Positions 28,179 through 36,700 of a stretch of 64,000 nt of DNA are shown in pieces. Each line of letters starts with the position of its first letter. Position 1 is the stretch's first letter. The notes under the pieces are model-generated. The model had not been told where the DNA came from and made no database searches. It saw only the letters and a program-made list of their open reading frames with translations. Source of the stretch: Lingula anatina (lineage: Eukaryota > Animalia > Brachiopoda). The translations under genes and the position numbers were made by a program. The stretch is from NCBI GenBank assembly GCA_051362555.1, contig CM120640.1:39162788-39226787 (forward strand), in the 5' to 3' direction.

Positions 28179-31100
28179 AACTGGAAGATTAAAAGTTTGA
28201 ATAGCATCTTCATTGGAATTATATTTACCTCAAGCTCTGCCAAGGAGGTTATATTTTCACCCCTGTTTGTCTGTCATCCACATAACACAAAAAAGTTATG
28301 GACCGATTTTGCAGAAATTTTCAGGAACTGTCGGAAGTGGGCCAAAGAGGACAATGATTAATTTTTGGTGGTGGTCCGGATCAATAATCAATCAATTATC
28401 AATAATAATCAACAATTGCTGCCTTGGCAGAGGTCTGCACTCTCAAAGTGCTTTTCTAGTTTTGTTGTTTTCCTTTATAATTTTTTCTCAAACACTTGCA
28501 TTTGTGACTTTTAACTCTCATCTGCCTGGGGCTCTGCACATTTTTTGTATTTCAGTAATTGCGGGTATGACCTCCAGCAGCCGCTTGCAGCGCCCTCATC
28601 CTACATGGCATACCCTGTAACACGTTTTGTAGAGTTTGGATGGGGATATCATTCCACACAGTGATATTTGCCTGTCGCAGTTCATCACTATTTACCGGCC
28701 AATGACTATAGCTATTAATTTTGTGAGTTACTTTTGCCCAAAGATTTTCAATTAGGTTCATATCTGGAGAGTTTGTAGGCCAGGGCAGTTGCTGAACCCA
28801 TTGGTTTTGAAGAAAAACAGTGATTCTGCGGCCTCGATGTGGGGTTGCGCAGTCGTCTTGGTACACAAAGTTGTCCTTGAAGATGGCTCTTACCAATCGA
28901 AGCATCGTTTGCCGTAGAATGTCTCTGTAGGAATCCTGGCTGAGGTTGCCTCTTACAAAAACCAACTGGTTCTGGGCACCGACATGAAATTCTCCTCAAA
29001 CAGAGACGTTACAACCCCCTTCTTGCACCCTAGGTAGTACACAACCATCGTTTTATGTCCCTCGTACACGTCGGTGGACACGGATTCGACCATCAACCCT
29101 AAAAGATCCATATGTGGCCTCATTACTGAAAACGACGTGATTCCAGTGTTTTGGCTGCAAACGCACGTGGTCCCCAGCCCATTGCAGGCGTCGCTGTATA
29201 TGACCTGCTGTTAACAGTGGTTTCCCTACTGGCCTTCGTGCAAAATAACCGGCTTGCAGTAATCTCTTGTTCACGATTGACGTTGAAACGGGCGTTTGAA
29301 TGACATTCTGACTCTCTTTTCTGAGGACACTGGTTGCCTTTGTACGACCAGCACGGCGTCCTCTAAGGAGAAGGCGATCCTGTCTTCTTGGTGTGATACG
29401 CGGACACCATGGTCGAGGTATTGGAGTAGGTGCCCCTGTTGCAGCATTTCTTTGGAGGACTTTACAAACGGTTCTTGATAAATGTTGAATTACCTGGCAA
29501 TGGCTGTCCGTTTCTGGACATTTTCTCTGAGAGCAAGAGTCCCATAGTAAGCTGCTTTGCTTAGCTGTCGAACCATATCTTCAATAAGGTACCTGTCAAG
29601 TTTCAGTGCGATCCCTTTGTTGCTTCTCTAAACACACTCCAAAGATTGACCAAACCCATGCGTTTTTATACAAGGGCAGAAATTGCCGAAAAGACCACCC
29701 CTCACATTTCTGACACAGAAAATGCAACTGCATGCATCAATTGTTTCGAGAGTTGTATGGTAATTAGGTAACACACCTGGCTACTCAGGGAGTGACACCT
29801 CAGATTTGGATGTAAAGTAGTTAGAGAGAAAATAAATATTTTGTAGAAAATTTACCCGCCAAAAAATAATATTCCATATTAAGTGGTAACCCTGTATGTA
29901 ATATTATTTTATGCACTGTCATCATTTTTCAAATATTGAGAGTTTCATAATGTGAATTTGAACTCTCATGGTCCTGAAACTGTAATTTTATTGAAGGGGT
30001 GGACCATCTTCTGGGTCTTCCGGAAGACAGTCAGGTTATTAAGTTTATATTGACTGGTATCTATTTTTTTCTGTTGGAAGACCATCAAAATGGAGGATGG
30101 ATCAACATAGATTCTTTGTAATACTGTCAGAAAATATCTCTGGGTCTGCTCCTGTTATTGACCATGTTACCTGTTGTGCAAGATTAAAATTCAGTGTTGA
30201 CTGACAGTGCTATTATAAGCATTATTTATTATTGCATCAAAATTGACAAAATGACCTTTTTTGCATCTTTATTTTCTGTTTTTTGTCTGTACATTTGACA
30301 GCTTTGCTGCCTTGTTTCTTTTGTAGGAAGAGATAGATGTGAAGAAGGATACAGAGAGAGCAGATGAGATTCGTGCCATGAAGAAGGCCTGGGAGGAGGC
30401 TGAGCCAGGGCGTGCTGCCAAGGCACTGCAGTCCCGCCTCCAATATCTCAGCACACATATGATCAAGCTGCAGCCAGAGGGAGAGGAGGGAGCAGAGAAA
30501 GGAGATAGCGCTGCTGCAGCAGCAGCACCCCCACAAGAAGGTGCAGAGCAGATTTTGGCGGCAGCAGTGGCAGAGATGGGTCCACCGCAGACACCCACTT
30601 CTGAGCCTCCAGATACAGAAGAGATTTTAACGCTAGAACCCCCACCACCACCTACACCTAAAGAGATGCTGCAGCCTCTGGACCTCACACCCTACCTGAG
30701 GTATACTGACAGTGTGATACCACAGTCTGATTTGATCTCAGTGTTCAGACATGAAACATACTGACAGATATTTCCTTTTATATATTGACCGTCTTTATAA
30801 CAACTGGGGGTGAACAAGTTCAGATTTAACTTTGAACAACGCTAAAGTAAAATTGCAAACTGGCTCAGTACATCATGAAGTGAACATATCAAAGATTTTT
30901 TTAAAACCAATATTATGGGTAAATTAGTAGTGTCTTGAGAAACAATATATATTTTGTCTTGAGAAACAATATATATCTGTAGAGCTAAATGAGAAGCCAG
31001 TGCTGTATTTTATTATATTTTCAATATTTTTTATTACTTTGCAGGAAATCGGGTGATGGTCCCAGATACCTGGACGAGGCTGAGATCCAGAGACAGATGG

Positions 31101-32575
31101 ACGCCAAGAGGAAGGAGATTGAGGAGTACAAGGCATTCAGGGAGCAGGTAGAACAGTGGAGGGAGGAGGACAGGCAGCTGAGGAATCAGCTGAAGATCAA
31201 ACAGCTGGAGGAGTGCCAGGCTTTGCAGGTATGCTATATTATAACTTTAACAAGCGTTTCTTGACCATGTCTGAATTTTTGAAAAGGGAGGAATTTGTAA
31301 ACGTTTTTATTTAGAATGTTTTTTTTTTAATTCTGTTGTTTCGATATAAATTTTGATATCAAACTTCAATTATATTAATTTTGTTCTGAATTTGAAAGAT
31401 TGTTGCCCCCCCCCCCCCCCCCCCCCCACCTGAAAAAAAATGCTAAGTTTTAAAAGGACAAATGTCTTGCAAACGCAGTATATTCAAAAATTTTTTTTCA
31501 AGAATAAATTTCAAAACTTTATGGATTGAAATACCACTTCTCTTGTAGGGCTTATACATATAAAAAAACAATGTTTTCCAGGAGTTTCAACCATATTATT
31601 TTCCATGTATTCCTGTATTTCTATGAATTTCTTGCTTCCTACTAGCACACACTTCATGCCCAGAGAGCAGCCTATGTGATCATGCACACTGTGTACATAC
31701 AGAAGTGCAGGGAGGCTATGTCTGAGATGGAAGGTGACCACAGAGTTAATACAGCTGCCACTGATACACATGCTGACACTGAAATAACTTTGACTTTATC
31801 TAATCACCTTACTCTGAGAGATGGTGATGAAAATCATAGGAATCAGTCTGATGGGGTGATATGTGGAAAGAGTGAAAGAACTCCTTGTGAGGTGCTGATG
31901 GAAGGTGGCAGAAAATGCTGTAAGCACTGAGAGAGTAACAGCACCAACACTAGTACTTTCCACTTTAATGATTTATCCCAAAACAGGCTACTTTCCCATA
32001 TTCCAGTTTGTTTTCAGTGATGCCCACATTCCAGTAGGAAAGAAGTCAGTGACCCTAAAACACCATTTATCCCAATGCCAGTTGATTTTCCTTCAATTTT
32101 TTTTATTATTCAGGTGAATTACTTGTAAAACCCTTATCCCCAGCAAAGAATCCAGACATCTGAGCACAAAGCACATCAGTCCATCCAAGAATATTTTGCA
32201 CTTAAATTTTACCTATTTATTTCAGGAGTTTCTATCCTTCAAACAGTACACATATTTTATTTTGTTATCTATCCCCTTATATGTACCCATCTCTCTCTCT
32301 CTACTCATATAGTACTAAACACTAGTCTCCCAACTGTTGTTTGACCACCTGCACTCCCTTCCCTTTTATAGGCTGCACTTGACAAGAAACGTAATGAGAT
32401 CAACATTCCTCGTGAAGCCTTCAGACAGAAATACCTGGAGGCAGAGAGGAAACGCCTGGAAGAGCTCGCAGCCCAAGAAGCAGCACTCCGTGCAGAGCAA
32501 GAGAAAGCCCCTTCACCCAAAGGAAGGAAGAGTGCCAAGGGAAAGAAAAGTCCAGCTGGAAAGAAAAAGAAATAG
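600..32575 (+). CDS. ADGB: Androglobin gene span (5'-truncated, spliced): calpain-like domain, permuted globin, IQ motif
   Basis: GT-AG exon chain with consistent phases. Motifs FDLLSANEHL..SELIRWIISE, GKYAVKLYWMGSWRKIFVDD, ELWPMLLTKALIK, LTGWLPE, EIRDYYIPN and KKDTERADEIRAMKKAWE match androglobin as I recall it. Stop TAG at 32573-32575. Confidence 0.97.
1900..2115 (+). CDS. ADGB: ADGB exon (LIRWIISE...GKYAVKLYWM), calpain-like
   Basis: tttcag / gtaagt, 216 nt. Confidence 0.95.
3049..3188 (+). CDS. ADGB: ADGB exon (GSWRKIFVDDLFP...ELWPMLLTKALIK)
   Basis: ttccag / gtgagt; calpain-type W..I.VDD..P and E.W..LL.KA motifs. Confidence 0.95.
3370..3420. repeat. (ATGCA)n pentanucleotide microsatellite
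   Basis: About 9 tandem units read directly. Confidence 0.95.
3661..3744 (+). CDS. ADGB: ADGB exon (YGSTSSEFGDTSIIQCLTGWLPETIPL)
   Basis: tcccag / gtaagt, calpain LTG motif. Confidence 0.95.
3952..4101 (+). CDS. ADGB: Candidate ADGB cassette exon (ALVYADQQVLVEHYKKCLETVLG...NPENIP)
   Basis: Very long pyrimidine tract then cag, 150 nt open in the required phase 2-2, donor gtaata. Confidence 0.55.
5302..5422 (+). CDS. ADGB: ADGB exon (YGHVDQIWKLLKAVLPEW...)
   Basis: catcag / gtaatg, phase 2-0. Confidence 0.92.
6300..6423 (+). CDS. ADGB: ADGB exon, K/E-rich
   Basis: tactag / gtttgt, phase 0-1, open frame. Confidence 0.88.
6665..6727 (+). CDS. ADGB: ADGB exon, K/D-rich
   Basis: cacag / gtaagt, phase 1-1. 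Confidence 0.85.
6879..6988 (+). CDS. ADGB: ADGB exon (...PELVVFASY...VSVLREM)
   Basis: cttcag / gtgagg, phase 1-0. Confidence 0.92.
7367..7544 (+). CDS. ADGB: ADGB exon (ADASERLRQSGLSH...TRSCPL...WKLIRPKK)
   Basis: ctacag / gtatgc, conserved androglobin motif. Confidence 0.95.
7762..7855 (+). CDS. ADGB: ADGB exon (...VEITSPFVNYKVSP...)
   Basis: catcag / gtaagt, phase 1-2. Confidence 0.92.
8125..8290 (+). CDS. ADGB: ADGB exon, P/E-rich (alternative in-frame donor at 8296)
   Basis: ctgtag acceptor; donors gtgact (8291) or gtatgt (8297), both phase 0. Confidence 0.85.
9176..9205 (+). CDS. ADGB: Candidate 30-nt micro-exon (KSRSRTVRIV)
   Basis: tacag / gtaagt, phase 0-0, followed by a TGCATG cluster. 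Confidence 0.6.
10251..10361 (+). CDS. ADGB: ADGB exon, low complexity
   Basis: ttatag / gtaagt, phase 0-0. Confidence 0.85.
10653..10806 (+). CDS. ADGB: ADGB exon, S/K-rich
   Basis: ttctag / gtgaga, phase 0-1. Confidence 0.87.
11178..11316 (+). CDS. ADGB: ADGB exon (...LWMDFETFVKCFK)
   Basis: ttccag / gtaagt, calpain W(M)xFxxF motif. Confidence 0.94.
11614..11677 (+). CDS. ADGB: ADGB exon (TIYIYHKPNTYACNHKFSDLK)
   Basis: tttcag / gtatgt. Confidence 0.93.
12084..12107 (+). CDS. ADGB: Candidate 24-nt micro-exon (KLDRLTAQ)
   Basis: ttatag / gttggt, phase 0-0. Confidence 0.35.
13071..13124 (+). CDS. ADGB: ADGB small exon (SLGAPVATPSKQDKKGTP)
   Basis: gttcag / gtaaat, phase 0-0, GC-rich island in AT-rich intron. 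Confidence 0.75.
13697..13846 (+). CDS. ADGB: ADGB exon, A/T/P-rich, alternative donors at 13759 and 13846
   Basis: tttcag acceptor; donors gtaaat (13760) and gtgagt (13847), both phase 0 with open frame between. Confidence 0.75.
14862..14895 (+). CDS. ADGB: ADGB exon (PVYDDRAPHYM) preceding U12 intron
   Basis: ttccag acceptor, GTATCCTTT donor; joins in frame to give YMFVDNLKP. Confidence 0.9.
14896..15151 (+). other. U12-type (minor spliceosome) GT-AG intron
   Basis: 5' ss GTATCCTTT, branch site TCCTTAAC at 15134-15141 about 10 nt from the AG, no long pyrimidine tract, phase 1. Confidence 0.92.
15152..15304 (+). CDS. ADGB: ADGB exon (FVDNLKPSEIVVSFSSLSRWH...)
   Basis: U12 acceptor / gtgggt, phase 1-1. 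Confidence 0.92.
15585..15602 (+). CDS. ADGB: Candidate 18-nt micro-exon (DDFSDPG)
   Basis: tctcag / gtaagt, phase 1-1. Confidence 0.6.
15937..16090 (+). CDS. ADGB: ADGB exon (...PGLLVAEPYSWKSLVTGQPILRLKTTATKAAVLTLPPG)
   Basis: ttgcag / gtaagg; possible in-frame upstream acceptor at 15919. Confidence 0.95.
16517..16631 (+). CDS. ADGB: ADGB exon (RHVLRF...FVYGDEETVM...)
   Basis: ttacag / gtaaga. Confidence 0.95.
17018..17185 (+). CDS. ADGB: ADGB globin exon, helices E-F-G start (ESCRFVDNAVQ...NCHCPY...NHFK)
   Basis: ttgcag / gtgagt; contains the putative proximal His F8 (17135-17137). Confidence 0.95.
17480..17624 (+). CDS. ADGB: ADGB globin exon, helices G-H (LFNESLYSILRK...TPEMAFAWR...)
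   Basis: ttttag / gttaga; TPE...AW is typical of globin helix H. Confidence 0.94.
17868..17918 (+). CDS. ADGB: ADGB linker exon (TSATSHRGSAKEKSKK)
   Basis: gtacag / gtaagt, phase 1-1. Confidence 0.8.
18185..18217 (+). CDS. ADGB: Candidate 33-nt micro-exon (KEVQVEKNTP)
   Basis: ttttag / gtaaat, phase 1-1, open. Confidence 0.45.
18344..18427 (+). CDS. ADGB: Candidate cassette exon (MKAAAGAFGTSGGDPLNASLAAALLAK)
   Basis: tattag acceptor, GC-rich open frame in phase 1-1, but weak donor gttcat. Confidence 0.35.
18965..18979 (+). CDS. ADGB: Candidate 15-nt micro-exon (TAEL)
   Basis: ggcag / gtatgt, phase 1-1. Confidence 0.4.
20085..20124 (+). CDS. ADGB: ADGB exon (EVDKQTPENWLNR)
   Basis: ttgcag / gtgggt; required to convert phase 1 to phase 2. 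Confidence 0.88.
20989..21177 (+). CDS. ADGB: ADGB exon with IQ motif (LQKGWRGCYVRK) and globin helices A-B
   Basis: ttctag / gtacaa; IQxxxRGxxxR-like motif; LQKAW..L helix A. Confidence 0.95.
21465..21599 (+). CDS. ADGB: ADGB exon (AMFKADPDLMEKYPF...WFVVFR)
   Basis: ctccag / gtagga. Confidence 0.95.
21906..22059 (+). CDS. ADGB: ADGB exon (EVFYV...VVNNDT.EEIPRVFQKVAP...)
   Basis: ttccag / gtgggt. Confidence 0.95.
22100..22150. repeat. (CT)n microsatellite
   Basis: Read directly. Confidence 0.9.
22266..22453 (+). CDS. ADGB: ADGB exon (RGYTFIAE...WRMRLIGS...EIRDYYIPN)
   Basis: ttgcag / gtaaat. Confidence 0.96.
22893..23119 (+). CDS. ADGB: ADGB exon (YTVKV...TSKPDVYIKL...GKGHAVLP...)
   Basis: ttaaag / gtgagt, phase 2-1. 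Confidence 0.94.
23358..23449 (+). CDS. ADGB: ADGB exon, low complexity
   Basis: ttccag / gtaaga, phase 1-0. Confidence 0.88.
23682..23711 (+). CDS. ADGB: Candidate 30-nt micro-exon (HAVIEVPPVQ)
   Basis: ttttaag / gtacat, phase 0-0; TGCATG at 23745. Confidence 0.45.
24668..24733 (+). CDS. ADGB: ADGB exon (RTSSRHSDLPPLDPEEEEKENR)
   Basis: ttccag / gtgagc. Confidence 0.85.
25112..25223 (+). CDS. ADGB: ADGB exon (PHKYIIQA...NSWPL...)
   Basis: tttcag / gtagtt. Confidence 0.93.
25555..25754 (+). CDS. ADGB: ADGB exon (...KPYWTLRIVSD...)
   Basis: ttgcag / gtaagt. Confidence 0.94.
28118..28176. repeat. (TA)n microsatellite
   Basis: About 29 units read directly. Confidence 0.97.
28224..28460 (+). 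mobile_element. Small HINE/Helentron-like non-autonomous element
   Basis: Subterminal inverted repeats ctctgccaagg (28235-28245) / ccttggcagag (28422-28432), 3' hairpin gcact-ctcaa-agtgc and ctagt terminus followed by T-run. Confidence 0.7.
28552..29894 (-). mobile_element. Decayed Tc1/mariner DNA transposon (DD34E transposase pseudogene)
   Basis: Transposase from ATG 29576 to 28552 with stops and frameshifts; motifs KPLLT..H...RLQWA, W.HVVFSNE (first catalytic D changed to N), QDD.A.PH, WP..SPDMNLIENLW (34 residues between D and E), GGHT..Y. One TA-cag terminus at 29894; other end not seen. Confidence 0.93.
30327..30700 (+). CDS. ADGB: ADGB exon (EEIDVKKDTERADEIRAMKKAWEEAEPGRA...LDLTPYLR)
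   Basis: ttgtag / gtatac, highly conserved androglobin C-terminal motif. Confidence 0.96.
31045..31228 (+). CDS. ADGB: ADGB exon, coiled coil
   Basis: ttgcag / gtatgc. Confidence 0.94.
32372..32575 (+). CDS. ADGB: ADGB last coding exon (AALDKKR...REAFRQKYLEAE...GKKKK*)
   Basis: ttatag acceptor, TAG stop, basic NLS-like tail. Confidence 0.94.
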   Translation, partial: AALDKKRNEINIPREAFRQKYLEAERKRLEELAAQEAALRAEQEKAPSPKGRKSAKGKKSPAGKKKK

Positions 32576-33724
32576 ACTTTTCCAATTTATGTTGAAAGCT
32601 TCTGCTCAAGTTGTGAAGTATCTAAATAATAGTCATACTGGCAAGCAGCGACTGTGATATTCAATGTAATTAAATGTGACATGAATTTCAATATAATTAT
32701 GACTTTCCTTATCAAGATTTTTAAAAAGTTCTGTACATAAACTGTACATCTTATAGCTGTATAATTTCTATGCCATCTTGTAAATTTATAGTATACAGTT
32801 TTATTGCTGTAGTTAGGTTTGGCAAGTACAACATGTTTTCAAGGCTTTAAGTCATTAGCTTTTGCTTACTACTAGACTTCCTGCTATATTTTATAGTCTT
32901 ACAAGTTTGAGCTTTAAGTGGAAATGAAGAGAATGTGTGAGACCGAATGCCTGGCTTTCTTATAGTATGTATCATTTACTTTGGTGTTGTGACTTTTTTA
33001 ATATAAAAAGTCAACTTCATGATTTCTCTGTGTTGACAAACAAGAGTTCTTATCAAATTCTGTCCACTTCTCGCTGCTGTTGACCAAGGCAGTGCAGAGA
33101 GCCCTTTGTTTTTGCCGTCCTTTTTTCACTCACACTCCGTCCTTGAGCTCTTAGGCTGCAAACTGTTATTTGCTGAGAGATAACTGTTGCTGAAGATGGT
33201 TTCAATGTTATATTCCCTCGTTTATCAGTGAATTAAATGACCAGATTGTGATGTTGACTGTGACATATAATTAAGACCAAATCTCCTACATTCCACACTT
33301 GTAAGCCAGCTTACCACTCGGCAAATAACCAGCATGATAGAGAGAGCCAACCAACAAAATGGCCCTTCATTTCCGTCCTAGCATGTTCTGAGATGTACTC
33401 TTTTTTTCACTATTTGTAGCACCACTATGCCACTTAATATGTAAACTGTACTGTGTTCACCTGCAGGCCTATACATTTGCAGCAATTTGTATGTAACTGT
33501 TGTACAATTTTTTCTATATAGGTATCTTATTATTCAATTTGTAGTCACCAGGTATATCTGGTGTTTGCACATTCCAAATATGAAACATATCATTTGTACA
33601 GTTAAGAAAGCTCCCGAGCTTTAACCCCACCCTGGTTAATGGGACCAAATTTGTATTATATTTTGTGTACACATACTTAATCTTGTACAGCTGTACTTGG
33701 TATCTTTTTTGCTCTATATCAGAG

Positions 33725-33730
33725 AATAAA
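33725..33730 (+). terminator. Probable ADGB polyadenylation signal
   Basis: AATAAA about 1.15 kb after the stop, preceded by TGTA motifs and followed by a T-rich tract. Confidence 0.6.
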
Positions 33731-36700
33731 CCATTTGAATATATGATATTTCTTTATTGTTATTTTATATTTTTTTTTTAGTTTTTAGGGAACATTAAAC
33801 CAATAAAATATAGTCGTTTGTGTGGCACAGAGAAAAATACACTAATTTATTTTAAGAGCAGTTGTCGGCTAGAATCAAATATATTAAAGACGCTATTCAA
33901 AATCAAGTTCAATAGTTTACTTCCAATTTTGTAAGCCAGAAAACTCTGTTAATGTGACTGTATACCCCTATCCGCAATAAATCCATCAATCTTTGCTGTT
34001 TACATGGCGTTGGACGTGGTAAACTGTCTTGGCCAACTGTTACTTGTAGATCGATTCGGTATAAGATGAGCGTTCAGCAGAGAGAGGTCTGAAGACGCAT
34101 ACTGGTCTGCCTAATGCAGAAGCTTCAGATCATTATAGCTCAAAAAGAATTCTAAAAAGGCGATAACATACGACTCAAAATGTACAATAACGGCATAAAA
34201 CTACTAAGTATGGTAAACTTACGCAAACCTGATAATTTTCTGTTGTACAAAATAAATGTGTACGCTCACCCAAAATGTAAAACGTGTAGTACACTTTACA
34301 TCAACGGAGAAATGCTCATATTCGTCACAGTAATAAACAAACAGAAAACTCCCTCTCAAACAGTGACGCCCCTTACCACGTCCTTCAGAGAAAGGCTTTT
34401 TTTACAAATGCAAAACAAATGACTCATTCAGATCTAAACGTTCTGATTTTTACTCAAGAAATTACCATTAAAATTATAGATTACTACACTTACTGTTAAG
34501 TATATATATTTAAAAAATATTTCTTGTATATATCTTAAGATAATTTCTTTAATGTTAAAGGATTGTAAGTTTGCACAACGACAACAACAACAATAATAAC
34601 AATGATTTTATTTACATTTTAAAATCCATAATGAATATACAAACTGCTTTAAAAGATCGCAATTGCAAATGATTTTTTTTTTTTGGGGGGGGGGGGTAAA
34701 AAGACGTAATGAGCACATGTATAGGTCTTTTATAGGATCTAACAAAATATTTTAGATCCTAGGTCTGTTTAAAAGTATACTTTTTAGAAAACCCGAACTC
34801 CCTTTCCAGGATGGGAATCTACTGTCTTGTCATATAAGAAAAACGTAAGTTTAAACCGAGGCTTGTGGCGGAAAGAGAGTGACCTGCATATTATGATGTA
34901 AATCAGGTGAGCATTTCGGTGAGAGGTGTTCAGATACGACCAAGGACAGTGAAGATGGAGAATGAAGGGGTCGCATGCCATATTTGCTACAATATCTACA
35001 AGCAGGCTGAAGAAATTGGCATTGAAAACGCCAACTCGCTGTCGTAAGTACTATATAGTTGATTTAAAACAAAATTGCTCTTTTTTTGTACTGCCGATGT
35101 TTGACCAAAATGATTAGTTTCACGCTTTAGACATCATGACCACGGGGACATTTTCCTGGCATGAACGATAGTTCCCCTTGAAGTAAACATGAGTTTGGAG
35201 TTAAAATATTCTATTGTTTTTCAAGAGAGAACGCACCTGCCAATAAATAAGCTTGCAGGTAGGGACGTCTCACGTACGTAATAAGAAATGTAAGACGACA
35301 AGGCAGGTTGCAATACTAGCAGTTCCTTAGAGACATTTTTCACTTTGTTGATGCACTGATAAAGGTGATTGATACAATGATTCATTTACTGTAAATAAAA
35401 GTTGAATAGTATATGTAGTAATGAGCACAGCCCCTCCCTTAGCTTCCGAGGCACTCTCCCCAAATCAAACGAAAAATACCAAACCAAATGATATATTTTT
35501 TATCCAAGTGCCCTACATATTACAGTAAAAATGACCTTCTTTTACCGCTTCATAACTTGTCAAAATGAAGTAAAACCGGCGTCTTTATCCTGGTGCTGCA
35601 CTTTATCCCCTAACCTTCAGCAAAATCTGCCGGTGAAAATGTGTCGTGATTACATAGTTTTAAATATTCCTAAAATCTTGTAAATTTATTTAAACTAGAC
35701 CCTTCTGTCAAATAATTTATTTATCATTAATTGAATGTCATTCCTATAAATATCTGCTTAACATATTTTTGTAGCTCTCCTTTCGTATGAATATTTTGTC
35801 GTGCAACTGTGTACCGGACAAAATAGGTACAGTATTGTTGTAAAGCTTGTGATTGCATTGAACACATCGGTTTAATGTACGCATTCGCATGGTTTGAAAT
35901 ATGAATTCCGATTTCTTTAATATCATTTCGCATATCGAAAAACGTTTCTATAGTGATCATTTAAGTAACTTTTTAAAATTAAATCTTTGGCATCGTTTCA
36001 TGAAAGTAAATTATAACATTTGATTTCAGTGACTCTTAATACCGTTTACGAAGAAATTGGATGCGTTTCCCATCAAAGACAGCAGAACGTGTTCGACAAC
36101 ACCCGCACCAATGCCAGGATTATCTCGTTTGTGTAGGTAAGCTTTGTGATTAATTATAATTGCCAGGTTTGACGTTGGAATATAGTGTGTTAATATTCTG
36201 CATCAAAACGTGTATCAAATAGAAATGAAACATTTGAACAGAAAAAGAAAAGAAATGTGCCCAGTGCCATGTAAGCAAGACACCAAAAAAGTTTTCACAA
36301 ATTTTGACGAAGCTTTCAAGATCGGCAGTAATTTACGAAGAAAAACTGATTTCCTTTTCAATCTAATCAGGTATCCCCCATTTAGATACTTCTGTTTATG
36401 ATTTGATTAAAATTTACATATCCTCCTGACGGACGAATGCACTAGCCGGGTACTCTCTAGTTATATATTCACTCTTTTCAGATCAGAATTTTGATATACC
36501 ATGGCAACTTCGACGACAGCATTTTTCCTGTGGCTAGCTGAGCCTAACCTTTGTACACGTAAGTCATTTAGTTATAACCACCCTCTCCTCTGTGGTAAAT
36601 TATACCTTACTCGCATTCTATAGCTGAGAGCTTGTTGGTTTAGTAAAAAATTCTCAAACAATATTTTCTCATTTCAGAAGCCAACCGAGATACTGCACAG

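Larger units (their letters stand above)
26016..30316 (+). mobile_element. Non-autonomous Helentron/HINE (DINE-1-like) element, about 4.3 kb, carrying nested insertions
   Basis: 5': T-run, 13-bp hairpin atgtacagacaca/tgtgtctgtacat (26021-26048), gtc/gcc microsatellite, 150-160-bp internal tandem repeats (starts 26120, 26281, 26432). 3': subterminal inverted copy tgtctgtacat (30284-30294), short hairpin cagctttgctg and cttgtt end. Confidence 0.7.

Noticed and set aside
27983-28361. ORFs with (YI)n tracts
   Set aside because: Translations of the (TA)n microsatellite; likewise the (VC)n, (HT)n and (SL)n ORFs elsewhere.
30229-30688. Several overlapping antisense ORFs
   Set aside because: Shadows of the GC-rich ADGB exon. 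The same applies to antisense ORFs at 8116, 10649, 15030, 25400 and 32305.
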